The position numbers and the translations under genes were made by a program. DNA of 63,970 bases, the filler included, from Reclinomonas americana ATCC 50394 (taxonomy: Eukaryota): NCBI GenBank assembly GCA_048213135.1. It is 11 parts of 6 records of this genome, joined end to end, with 100 filler letters (N's around TTAATTAATTAA, not from the genome) between each part and the next. Parts side by side here need not be neighbours in the genome. Positions count along the whole stretch, not along the records: positions 37,255 to 39,526 come from PS015738.1; positions 39,627 to 41,840 come from AFZH01015331.1; positions 41,941 to 44,079 come from PS015739.1; positions 44,180 to 45,984 come from PS015739.1; positions 46,085 to 51,504 come from PS015739.1; 6 more parts are not named here. The stretch is one strand, 5' to 3'. Under the pieces are notes generated by a model. It ran no database searches, was not told the origin of the DNA, and worked only from the letters and a program-made list of their open reading frames with translations. Each line of letters opens with the position of its first letter. Position 1 is the first letter of the stretch. Positions 37,556 through 49,719 of the stretch are shown piece after piece.

Positions 37556-39951
37556 ATGAAGAATGTGTTGCCGGGGAGCAGAGGCAATTCTTGTGGTCGT
37601 GACATGATGCACGCTGCTGTTGGCAAGTTGGCAGTTCGGGGCGCAAGTGGAAAAAAAGTCTGCGATGTCGTGTGTCAGAGCACTCGCCCGCACCCAGCAA
37701 CACATGCAGACATNNNNNNNNNNNNNNNNNNNNCCTTCGCCCGCGCCACACTCTCCGCCTTCCCCACCGGCACCAGCACGTATCGCGATCTGCACGGTAC
37801 GGTCGAGAGTGCTGCGGCGGGTGCCAGCGGCTCGCGACCGCGCTGGATGGAGCACGAGAAGAAGGTGCTGCGCTTCTACGCCTTCTTCAAGGAGGGAGTG
37901 CATGAGAGCAACTTCGAGAACGAGCGCGTGCGCAAGTGCATCATCCACTATTACCTCGAGGACGGCACCGTCATGGTCAGCGAGCCCAAGGTCGACAACT
38001 CCGGCATTCCGCAGGGTGCACTGCTGAAGCGCAACAAGGTGCCCCACCCCGACCCATCGGAGGGCTACATCTCCGACCAGCACCTCAACGTCGGCGAGGA
38101 TGTCACCCTGTGGGGCAAGCGCATGCACATTTACGATTGCGATGCGTTTACTCGGGTGAGTGTTTGAAGAAACGGGCTTCTTCTCGAGCCGCACACTCGC
38201 TCACCACCGTTCGTTGCGCAGGACGAGCTCGAGTCACAGGGCCGCTCGGTCGCCGAGCCAGAGGATTCGCCGGCCGACCAGTACACCACTCTGCGCCAGT
38301 CTCGCGCGCCCGGTGGCCCGAAGCAGCCGTCGGATGTGCACGAACTGAAGCGTTTCCTGGAGATCTCGCATCACGGCCGTGGTTCGGCGCCGACGCAGCA
38401 CGAGAAGGTCGGGTGCCAGAAGTTCTTGGAGCATGACCGCAAGGTTCTGCGTTTCCGCGCCGTGTGGGACGATCGCAGCACGCTGTACGGCCAACTGCGT
38501 TTCCTGGTTGCGTTTTCTCCCCTGTCCTGGCTTCTCATGTTCACGTCACTCACTTTTTTCCTTCGCGCGCTGCAGACGTTCTACTACTTCCTGTCAGACG
38601 ACACGATCGAGGTCACGGAGCTGGTGGAGCAGAACTCGGGCTTCGATCCGTTCACCGTCTTCACTCGCCGTTCGCGTGTTCCGCGCACGTTCCGCGGACT
38701 CACCGACACACACTCGGGCGACTACATCACCGATGCCGACTTGCGCATCGGCGCCATGGTCAACCTGTACGGTCGCGAAGTGCTGCTGTTTCGTCCACCG
38801 CGACCTTTCCACCTTGCCGATGGATTTTTTCGTGACTGACACTCATCGGTGCACAGGGTGGACTGCGACGAGTATACGCAGGACTACTACCGCGAGAAGT
38901 ACGGCATTGACGACTTTACCCCGATCCGCCTGGAGGTGGAGTCGGCCGAGACCTCGCAGTTGGTGAGTGCAATTGTGGCCACCTCATTTGATACTGTGCG
39001 CACTAACACAACTGTTCGTGGTCAGTCGCCGCCGCCGTACAACGGGTTCGGCACAGAGGAGGACTCACTGCAGTCGTGGAAGCACTTGGTGCTCAAGCCA
39101 CCGAAGAAGGACGTCAAGGTTTGCGCGTGTGACGACGCACGCGCACTTTCGCAACCACTTCGAAGCACTCACACTCTCTTTCGCAGAGGATGATGGCCAA
39201 CGAGAAGATCAACCTGCGCTTCCGCGCCAAGATGGCCACCACTCGACCGGAGGATCGCGACCGTGTGTTCCTCATCACCTTCTTCACCGCCGACGACACC
39301 CTCACCATCTACGAGCCACCACAGCGGTGAGTTTGGTGGATGGCCTGTTGACCTGTATCAAGTGGTTTGTGCTGACACTGCTTGGTGATCGTGCAGCAAC
39401 TCTGGCATCATTGGCGGCAAGTTCCTCGAGCGCCGCAAGGTGAAGAAGAACGCCGACGAGTGGTACGGCGCGCCGGACTTTGTCGTCGGCGCCCAGCTGA
39501 CGATCCACGGTCACTGGTGAGCCCCCNNNNNNNNNNNNNNNNNNNNNNNNNNNNNNNNNNNNNNNNNNNNTTAATTAATTAANNNNNNNNNNNNNNNNNN
39601 NNNNNNNNNNNNNNNNNNNNNNNNNNTATGATTGGTCAGACCGAGTTCAGGAAAGTGCTGGAGAAGGACCTGCACTTGAGCATGGAGAAGGAGGAGGTGA
39701 GAGGCGACACATTGATCGATTAGTCATGTTCGTCGTTCCCTTGGTGGCTCATCTGCATTGCCACACATAGACCGAGGCCCTGGTGCGCAAGTTCTTCCCG
39801 CACCCGACCACCCGTCTCACGTTCAACAGCTTCCTCAAGGTCATCGAGGGCATGGAGACATGGGGCGTCAAGTTGCGCACACTGTGTTTGTTAGTTTCTG
39901 TCTGTCATGCATTGAACTCACTGTGTACGATTGCCGACCAGGTACAACTAA
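37556..39951 (+). CDS. EFHC1/EFHC2/Rib72-type axonemal microtubule inner protein (3 DM10 domains + EF-hand-like tail); gapped
   Basis: KVLRFYAFFKE..YYLEDGT..EPKVDNSGIPQG, DRKVLRF.AVWDD..YFLSDDTIEV, PPYNGFGTEEDSL, and LRFRAK..ADDTL.IYEP..NSGIIGGKFLER. Confidence 0.93.
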
Positions 39952-40095
39952 GCATATACACACACAGAAAACCCCCCAAGTCTTGTTATACCTGCGCCGT
40001 CAGTAGGAGCAGCCGCAATCGCCGCCAGCGAGAGCGTGTTTCCATCTTCAATGAATGTAAAATTGCAGCCGTTTCCATTGTTTGTTTGTTGCGCC

Positions 40096-42723
40096 ATGCG
40101 AGAGCCACTGTCGTGGGAGGCCTTCCGTGGTGTCTTTGCCACCGACAGCGACTGTGATCAGAGCCAGAGTGAGGTGGGCCGTTGGAGGGAAAGGCACACA
40201 TGCAGCAGCTACTATACCTCTCACTGCCGACAACGACAGGTCGCACTGGGTGTGTTTGAGGGACGGGTTGCCGTGCTCAAGACAGTCAGCTGGCGACGCG
40301 CGAAGCGTCTCGCTGGTGGCGATGCAGCAGCAATGCTGTTGCACACACTGCAGCAGTGCGATGCATTTCGGTGTGTGTGTGCGTGTGTGAGAGATACTGT
40401 AAGGAGAAGTGTGAGACAAGGAAGGAGAGAGCTCATCCGCCTCTCCGCAGTGCGGATTCTCATCTGCTGCTACCAGAGGCCATTGTGTGTGATCCGCACT
40501 CCGATGCCGTCGGTGTGGTAATGTTCCGATCGCACAGCGTGGCATCATCGTGCGATTCTGTGCGCGATGTGATCGACTTGTCGCTGGTCGATGCGTGTCG
40601 TGTGGCTGTTAGTGTTGCTCGTGCGCTCTGCGTGCTGCACGAGTTGGGCATTGTGCATGGCCGCGTGCATCCGTGGAATGTGTTTGTCGATCGTGCCAGC
40701 AGCGAGGGTGGCATCTCGGCGCGCTTGGCGTTTGGTGACTCGCCGTGGACGGGCGGCGCGGCGAGGTGTGTTTTCTGCGCTCGTACACACACACATACCA
40801 TCATTGCCTGCCGTATGTGTGTGTGCGCGCGCTCACACGGGAAGGTGCAAGGGCCGTGTGTGACGCGCGAACGGCCGTCTTCATGGCGCCTGATCCGCGG
40901 GCGAGCGGTGCATCCGACGTGTGGGCCCTCGGCATGCTGCTGCTTGCCCTGTGCACAGGCGTGATTCCTGAGTGTACAGGTGGTACGTCAGGCGATGTTG
41001 TCGCGACGGTGCTGGCGTTGCGGAGTGGAGCGCGGCCGGTGCTGCCGTCCACGCTTCCCGTCTCGCTTCGTTCGCTTATCGAGGCGTGTTGGGACGATGA
41101 TCCGCACAGGAGACCGTCGCCAGGTGATATGTGGTGCCACCATCGTCATCATCGTGTTGGCTCCTGCCTGACTGTCATCTTGCTGTCAGCTGCCGCATGC
41201 CAGGCTCTGCAGTCAATTGTCGACGAGCTTGACCGACCCCAGCTGACTCCACCACCTCCGCCGCCTCCTCCGCCTCTGCTATCGACGGCAGTGCCGTCGG
41301 GGACAGACACAAGTGCTATTGTGTCACCGCGCTCCGAGTCGTGTGGCGAGGTGCTGCGGGCGATTGATGTGGCCGTGGAGGACGCCGACGTGGATAGCGC
41401 GCTGGAGTTGTGCTCGCAGCTGATCGAGGAACATGAGATTGACACGGCGTCGCCCGGTGTGCAGGTGCGTTTTTCACGTGCTCACCGATTGTGCTTGTTG
41501 AGTTTCTACTTACTCCGGTCGCGGGCGACTGCAGCAATGCCTGGTGCAGGCCCATTGCACGCGTGCACAATTGCTGTGTTTCCAAGGACAGCCGGCCGAG
41601 GGATTGCTGGACGCCGAGGTGGCCATTCGCGTGGCTCCGCAGCATGCGCAGGCGTACACGGCACGTGCCAATTGTCGCGAGGCTCTGGGCCTGGTGGCAG
41701 AAGTTGCATTCCTCTGCGTGTGCGTGTGCATGCGTCTCTTCAGTATTGTTTCTCACGGCTTGCAGGCCGCCGACGATGCTCGGCATGCCGTCACCCTCAA
41801 TCCGCGCAGTGCCGATGCCCACTACGATCTGGGATCGCTGNNNNNNNNNNNNNNNNNNNNNNNNNNNNNNNNNNNNNNNNNNNNTTAATTAATTAANNNN
41901 NNNNNNNNNNNNNNNNNNNNNNNNNNNNNNNNNNNNNNNNCTGGTGGAGTTGGGCGAAGTCGAAGCCGCGCTAATGTCCCTCAACCAGGCCCTCGAGTTG
42001 AACGACAGTCTCCTCGGCGCCATGGTCGCTCGTTCCAAAGGTGTGCGCGGCTGTCGAGTGAGTGAGTGAGTGAGTGAGTGAGTGAGCGAGCGAGTGGCTG
42101 ACTCTTTCCTGTTGGGGTGGCATCGGCGTCACAGTTCTCCGCACTCTCGGCGACTTGCCTGCCGCGCTGGTCGACGTGGAGCGTTGCCTGCTGCAGGATC
42201 CTACCGACTCGGAAGCGCTGCGACTCGAGGCCCGTCTCTGCATGGATCTCGACAATCCCACGCGGGTTCGTGACTCACTGTGAGCGCCACGTGCATGCAC
42301 CACCACCCAATACTCGTTTTCTTTCTTTTGCCACAGGCGGTGCGTAGCTACAACCAGCTGCTGGAGATCGACGACACTGATATTCCGGCTCGACTCGGGC
42401 GCGGCGCGGTGCTGGAAAAGGTGGGCGATCGACGCGGCGCCGAGCGCGACTACTCGTACGTCGTCGACTTTGTGGAGAGTCGCTGGTCGGAGGAGGCCAT
42501 GGCCGCACTCGACGATCCCGTGGTGGCCGCCGCAGTGCACGCCGCCTCGGTGGCCAATGCCAGCAGTGGCGAGTCACCGCTGGAGACCACACGCCTTGCG
42601 CTGCTGCAACGTGCGCTGTTGCAGCGTGCCATGCTGCTGCAGACCGATCCACGTCGTGCCGCCGACGCGCACCGCGATTTCGATCGTGCAAAGTCTTTGC
42701 TGCGATCATCATCGTCAATGTAA
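40096..42723 (+). CDS. TKL-like pseudokinase fused to C-terminal TPR repeats; gapped
   Basis: AVLK, ALCVLHELGIVHGRVHPWNV, FMAP..SDVWALG and LIEACWDDDPHRRPS, followed by TPRs (APQHAQAYTARA, NPRSADAHYDLG). Confidence 0.75.
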
Positions 42724-43174
42724 TCGCATCGAGGTCGATGTCGACCTGACGTCACAAATTGCAACGAACTCACGCTTTCTGTCTCTCTCTTGTCTCCGTC
42801 GCCCATGCGTGTTCCTCTGTCTCTCATGAGTGAGAGGGAGAGAGGGAGTGAGAGAGCAGGGACCAGAGAGAGTGAGAGACAATGGGCGGAGTGTCGTTAG
42901 TGAGTGGCAAGTACTGACTTTTTTTTTTAGAGTGCGTGTTTTGTGGCGAGTGAGCTGTTGTTCCGGTGCGAATTCGTTTTCACCCGCAGTGTGCACATTG
43001 GCAAGCGTGACCACACCAGAGTGCTCTCTTGGCATCAGTAATCCCGCGCTTGTGTGTCGTCGGAGGGTGGACACAGGGAACAAGTCGAGTTGTTCCTCGC
43101 GGTGGGGCGAGCACACAGAGACACACACACACACACAGACAAGTGGGAGAGTGTGTTGATCTTCTTCATCGGCC

Positions 43175-45354
43175 ATGGGAAACGCGTGCGCGGGCCAGAG
43201 TGCGGTCGCCACTTCGCCACCACGACGCGCGTCGAGTAACGGAGGAGGAGGTGGAGGTGGGATCACAGCAGCTGCGGTGGTCACTGCGCCCACTGCCACC
43301 ATTGTAATCACACCGGCTGCTACTTCGACGGCACCAGTGGCGGGTGCGTCGTCAGCACGTGCAATCACACCGCGATCTAACGAAAGTGAGTAGGCAGGCA
43401 CGTGATGGGGGGGCGCGTTGGGTGGCGTGCGTGTGATTAACACTGTGCTCAGATCGCGAGGGAGGAGAGACGGCGGTGCTGCCGATTTCGCTGCCGGCGA
43501 CCATGAGTGACGAGGAGCGGCAGCTGTTGGAGTTTGTGGTGCAGGCGCTGGCTGCTGTGCGAGAGCAAGTGGCGAGTGCCGGGAGCAGCAGTCCGCCACC
43601 TGCCGATGGCGACGATGATGCTCTGAGCGACGCGTCGTCGGCCAGTCGCGGCAGCGGTCAGGAGAAGGCGGTGGTGATGCAGACTCGCAACAATATGCTG
43701 GACGTGCCCGGGCAGCAGCATCAGCAGCAGGATTTGTCGTCGAGTGCCTCGTCGTCCTCGGACGACGATCAGGCGGATCAGGAGTCGCGAGAGGGCCGTG
43801 TGGCTCCACTGATGGTGGCCGTGCGAGTCAGTGAGTTGGCGAGGGCCATTCGTCGCTTCGAAACGGTGCACACGAAGCGACAGCGCGAGGCGTCGTTGCA
43901 GAGTCCCGGTCGCAAGTCCACCATTCGTGATGTTCTGCGCGTCCTCGAAGGCTACGGCACGCTGGCCACCGTTGTCAGCAAAGTGGATCACCCGGCGACC
44001 ATGGTCGAATTGTTGTCGTTCCTGTTTCCTCGACTGGAGACGAGTTGCGTTGGCGTTGGCGAGCGTCAGCAGCAGTGGGNNNNNNNNNNNNNNNNNNNNN
44101 NNNNNNNNNNNNNNNNNNNNNNNTTAATTAATTAANNNNNNNNNNNNNNNNNNNNNNNNNNNNNNNNNNNNNNNNNNNNCATGTGTTTCGCTCACCCTCG
44201 TATGTACACAGATGAGGACTGCCGGCGGTACGCTGGGCGATACGGCATTGTGTCAGCGCTCCTGCGCGCGATTCGCAAGCCCTTCAGCTCTATTGTGGAA
44301 TCCAACGAAGCACGGCGCCTGTGTGTCATGTGCCTGTACGCCGCCCTCTACTACAGTCCCGAGAATCAATTGATTTTCCACGCGGATGGTGGACTCGACT
44401 GGTGCCTCTCGAAGCTCTCGGCCAAGCGCCGTGGAGTGACTGGCGGCGCAGGTGGCAGCCGCTCGAGGAGACGTGGACGCCGTGGAGAATCCCCGCGGGC
44501 GGTCAGCCGCTCGTCGTCCACACTCAACAGTATCAACGCCACGGCTGCCGACTGGTTCCAGCAGGATAAAGCGAACCAGTCCACCAGCGACGTCAGTCTG
44601 GTGCTGCTGTTGCTCGCCGCCGGCATTCACAGTTGCGTCTGCACTGCAGTCCGTGTTCCTCTCTCTTGTTCCTCCGTCTCATCGCGTGCGCAGACAACCA
44701 AACCAACAAGGACGAGTTGAATGCTTCGCGCAATGCGCTTTCCTCGCTCTGCCGCCTGGTTCGCGTCAGCGACGCAGCCGAGAGGAGGAATGCTCTCAGT
44801 GCCGCGCAAGTTTTGCGAGAGGCCGTGTTGAGTTGCGTTGGAGTACCAAGTTCATCAAACGGCGAGGAACACAAAAAGTCTCACCACCCGCGTCAGCAGA
44901 TCACCCGGCCAACCTGAAGAGCGTCGAGGATGCCGACCTGGTGCTGCACCTGGTTGAAATGTGGGACGAGTTGGAGTTGCGCGTGCAACGGCGTGAGACG
45001 ACGCACGACATTGTCGAAACGGAACGCGTGTTGATCGTGTCCACGATTGAGGCGCTCACTCGTGGCTCCGAGGCGCACCGCGCCGCATTCATGTCGAGTG
45101 TGGGACTGCGCACGGCCTCCTTCTTTATCCGCAGCTGGTACTACGTGCCCAACCTGTCTGCCTCGCCACTGGCCGTGCTCTCCATGCTGGAGGGCGTCCT
45201 CACGCCCGAGCACGCCTCCGAGTTTATCCACGAGGTTGTCGAGCTGCGCATCATGGAGCGCATTGAGCAGATGATTCGTGACCGAGCACACCCCGAGGTG
45301 TCGAAGCGCGGCAACGCCTTCCTCCAACTGCTGAAGAGTGCGTCGCTCACGTGA
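43175..45354 (+). CDS. ARM/helical-repeat hypothetical protein with MGNAC N-terminus; gapped
   Basis: ARM-like segments (SPENQLIFHADGGLDWCL, HNNQTNKDEL, GSEAHRAAF). Exons join in frame. Confidence 0.5.
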
Positions 45355-46084
45355 TTGTATGGTCCTCTCTATTTCACTACGAGCTCACCAATTCTGCAAT
45401 CCANNNNNNNNNNNNNNNNNNNNNNNNNNNNNNNNNNNNNNNNNNNNNNNNNNNNNNNNNNNNNNNNNNNNNNNNNNNNNNNNNNNNNNNNNNNNNNNNN
45501 NNNNNNNNNNNNNNNNNNNNNNNNNNNNNNNNNNNNNNNNNNNNNNNNNNNNNNNNNNNNNNNNNNNNNNNNNNNNNNNNNNNNNNNNNNNNNNNNNNNN
45601 NNNNNNNNNNNNNNNNNNNNNNNNNNNNNNNNNNNNNNNNNNNNNNNNNNNNNNNNNNNNNNNNNNNNNNNNNNNNNNNNNNNNNNNNNNNNNNNNNNNN
45701 NNNNNNCGCACTGGCACCAGCGCCGGCAGCCGATGCCGTCGTCGCCGTCGCCGCCGTCGGTGGCACAGTGCCGGCCGCCATGGCCGCCACCGTCGCCGCA
45801 CTGCCATCCATCGACATGTCGAGCGAGGCGCGACGCATTCGATGCACGTGCTCCATGACCAGCTGCCGCCTCGGCGTCTGCTCGCGGTCGCTGTAGTCAT
45901 CGTCGTCATCGTCGTCGTCGTTGCGACCGCCGCGACTGTCGCCGTCGGTTGAGCCCACCATGTCGGCCGGCATCGGGTACGCTGNNNNNNNNNNNNNNNN
46001 NNNNNNNNNNNNNNNNNNNNNNNNNNNNTTAATTAATTAANNNNNNNNNNNNNNNNNNNNNNNNNNNNNNNNNNNNNNNNNNNN

Positions 46085-47781
46085 TCGCTGTTGAGTCGCC
46101 GCCTCGGCAGTGCGAACGGCTTGGCGCTGGCGCTGAGTCCGATGAGCACCGGCACAACAACGGAGGATGCCTCGACCCCGAGTGGCATTCTGAAGCGCCT
46201 GGGATCTCGCGCGCAGCTTCAAGTGAATTCCGACTCGGTGTCGCCACGCTGTGACCTGAGTCCGCGCAAGAGCGTCACCTGGTTCGACAATCCACCGGGC
46301 GACGGCAAGTCGGTGCCTGCAGCCGATCAGCAGCAGCCGCAGCAACCGCAGCAACCGCAGCAGTCGGCACACCGGCAGCAGGCGGCAGGCACGGTCACCT
46401 CACCGGGGTCGGCAGCTGCTGCCGGAGCCACGCATGCGCCGCCACCGCAGTTGCTGGTCACCAGCCTCACGGGTGCGACTGTGGCCGCCGAGAGCTGCCC
46501 GATTACCGCCACGGAGGGTGCTGAGTCGTTGAAGAAGCGACGGATTGTGCGCAAGCGCAAGGTGGTCAAGGGTGCGGAGGAAGACAACGCCGCCACCGCC
46601 GCCGGCAGCGTGGGATCCAGTGGTGTGATGGCCAGCGAGGCGACTGCATACGGACGAGCTGGCGGTGAGGATCGCAGTTCGATTGTGTCTGTGGCCCCGG
46701 ACAACGCGATCTCCGGTCGTACGGATGACGACTGTGACGGTGACGACGATGACGACGATTTGGCGTCGGCGTCGATTGAGCCGGAGCTGTCGGCCCGCTC
46801 GACCAGCAGCCCTGTGCCGGTGGTCCTCGTGGGCAAGGCCAAGGCTGCGGGCAAGCAAAAGGAGACGGTGCTGGCTGTGATGCACGCTCCGGGAGCCATT
46901 AGCCGCGAGCTGTCGCCGAATGCCGACCAAGACGAACTGCACCATCGTGGACGCGGTGTCCCCAGTGGCTCGGCGAGCAGCATTCTTGCTCTGCTGGCTC
47001 CGCCCACCGGCAATGGTGGTGGCAAGAGTGGCGGCAGTAATTCGTCGTCATCGTCATCGTCCTCCTCCTTGTCGACGGCTCAACTGGCCGGTCTGACTCC
47101 ACGCACGGCCGCACTCGTGACAAGTGATGATGTGTTTCTGAAGGTCGGATACGCCGGCGACGACACGCCCAGCATTGTCAGCATCAGTGGGAGCGACACT
47201 GAGGAGTCGGTGCCCGATTACTTTGCTCGCTTCGCGGCGGTGCACCCCACTTCGCGACGACGCATCACGGAGACGTCGCCGCACCGTGTGGTTGCCGTCT
47301 CTGCGCCCGCTGTGCCTTCGGCGGCTGCGAGCGGCAGTCACTCTGGCGCCGGCGCGGTGGACATGAACTTGCGCAATCCGCGTCGCACCACACCGGCTGC
47401 CATGCAGCTGCAGTTGGTGAGTATTTGGCGATTGATTGCTCTCCTCTTGTCATGGTTGTGACTAATTTTTCCGATGTGCAGGAACGACGGTTGCGTGCCA
47501 AGCGCTCCAAGCAAGCGCGGCAGGCCAAGCAGCAAGCGCATCCACCCCAGCAGCAACAACAACAACCTCATCACCCAGTGCAGCAGCACTCGCCCACCAG
47601 TGCCAGTGACAGTCGGCGGCCGGCCTCACTCGATCTGGCCCTGCTGTCGCCGGCGTCGATCCTGAAGGGTCCCGACGCACGACCACCGCAGCCGTCGCCA
47701 CGCTCGTTGATACTTGACGGCGAGTGCCTCATCAGTCCGCGAACAGGGCGGCGAATCCGATTTGCCTCCGCTGCCCAGTAG
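46085..47781 (+). CDS. Low-complexity Ser/Ala-rich hypothetical protein, 5' partial
   Basis: 1.3 kb ORF plus a terminal exon after intron ~47417-47481. Contains SILK..KSVTW and RRIRF motifs. Confidence 0.5.
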
Positions 47782-47937
47782 TCAGTGAGAGGATGAGGGG
47801 GTGGTTTTTTTGTTGTTGAGGGTTTTGCGTGTCCGCCGCAATCGCCGCCGTTACGAGAAGTGCATTATGAATGTTGCCTTTATTACACACATTGTGATCG
47901 CACGAGGGGGGAGGAGGAGAGCGCGGCGAGGATCCAC

Positions 47938-49505
47938 TCATACGACCACCGTCGAGCGCATTGAACGGGGTGATTTTGATCGGAGTGACCTCGGTGATTT
48001 CTGCCGCCGCACCAGACTCATCACATCAGATGCTGCACCACCACACAGAGAGAGAGTCAGATAGTGGAGACGCGTGTGAGCTCACACGACTGCACGCACC
48101 CATGCTCATCAACTGGACGGTGCTGTCGACAGTGACCGAGTCGTGGCCGAGTGTGCGACCGGGTGAGTGCAGCATTTGTTCCACGGCCTTGAAGTATCTG
48201 CAACAGGAGACACACTTCCTTTCAGCACGGGTGGAAATGCAGCCGAAGAATATAAATCAACGCAACGTCTTCGGCAGAGGAGCCGGCTGCGGTGTGCCCT
48301 TGTCGCGCGGACTGGTGATGCGTCTGTCGCCCGGAATCATCGACTCGAAGAGCGGACCCACTTCTAGGTCTGGCGACCTCCGGCCGCGCATCTGGTTGGT
48401 GGCCACCATACCGTAGGTGGCCGAGTCGGGTGGGTTCTTGTACACGGGCTGCGGCAGGAATTCCGGCTTGTTGAAGGCTGACTCGGGTCGCGTGGCCGTG
48501 CGGAATTCAGCCGTGCCCTTCCACAGCGACTTGGTGACAGGCCGGATCGGCTCGTCGGGCTTCGCCTCCATCGGCGCCATGTGAATCACACCGTGCTTGC
48601 GAATCTCGTCGCGGATGCGTTCATCCTGTGTCCGCGGTCCGAAGCGGAACGGGCCGCGGATCTGCACGGCCGGCTGATCGCGTCGCAAGTCGTACACGGT
48701 GGGATGCAGCAGATTGCCGACATTCTGCTCATTCTGCGTAATGAGCCCGTACCGTGGCTGCTGAATGCGAACCTCATTGCTCTTCTCCACAGCGGCCACG
48801 CGCTCTCGTTCGGTCACATATCGACTCGGAGAGACGCACGAGTGAGCAATCTCCAAGTCGGGATTGCGATCCCGGAAGTGGTGGTGTGCCGGGTGCGCCA
48901 GCAGCAGAGCATCATTGAAACGAACTGCAACACACCGGGCGCGTCAACACGAGGACAGCCACAGGGGGAAAGGCGCGAGCTCGCTGTGGACAGAGGTGAC
49001 TGACCTCGAATGGTATCATTCGCCACCTGCTCCACAAACTTCTCCATGCGCTCTCGCGCCTTGGCCGCCAGCTGCTCCCGCTTGGACGAGTGACGCAACG
49101 ACGACGACGACGGTGACAGCGCAGTCACACTGCGCCCGGCCTCACTCGCCGCATCCCGCGCCTGCAGCTCTCCACCCGGACCATGAGTGCCCAAGCTCCT
49201 GTGTCGTACACCATGAGCGACAATGAGTGAGCAAGAGAAGCATGCGTGTGAGCAACGTACGTGTAGGCGCGTGACACGGGCGAGTCGCTGACTGCGGTGG
49301 AGAAGGCGCTGCCTGCGGGTGATTGTGGGTGTTGTTGTTGTTGTGAGGCAGCTGCTGTGTTGACTCTGCGACGACCGGCGACTGGATTGGCAGAGGTCGT
49401 TGTGCTTGGTGTTGTCATGTACTCTGCTTGCTGTTGCTGCTGTTCTCGTTGTTGTTGCTGTGCGGCCTCTTGGCGCCGCCGACGGATTTGATGTGCGTTG
49501 ATCAT
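47938..49505 (-). CDS. Hypothetical protein (possibly ciliary), multi-exon
   Basis: Exons join in frame: LRRDQPAVQIRGPFRFGPRTQDERIRDEI ... PKTYFKAVEQML ... KSPRSLRSKSPRS. Confidence 0.5.
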
Positions 49506-49719
49506 TGAGGAGAGAGAGCCTCGGACACTGTCACACACACACACGCACGAGCGACGAGAGAGGAGATAGAGAGAGACACACACGCGCGCGCACACACAGA
49601 GCACAGTGGGCGAGAGAAGAAGAGAGATGAGAGAGAGACCTTGCGGTTGTGATTCGATATTAAGAAGAGAGTCGTTTTCATTTGCTCGCGCGCCGACTGA
49701 CTGAATGCGTTGAAGGTTG

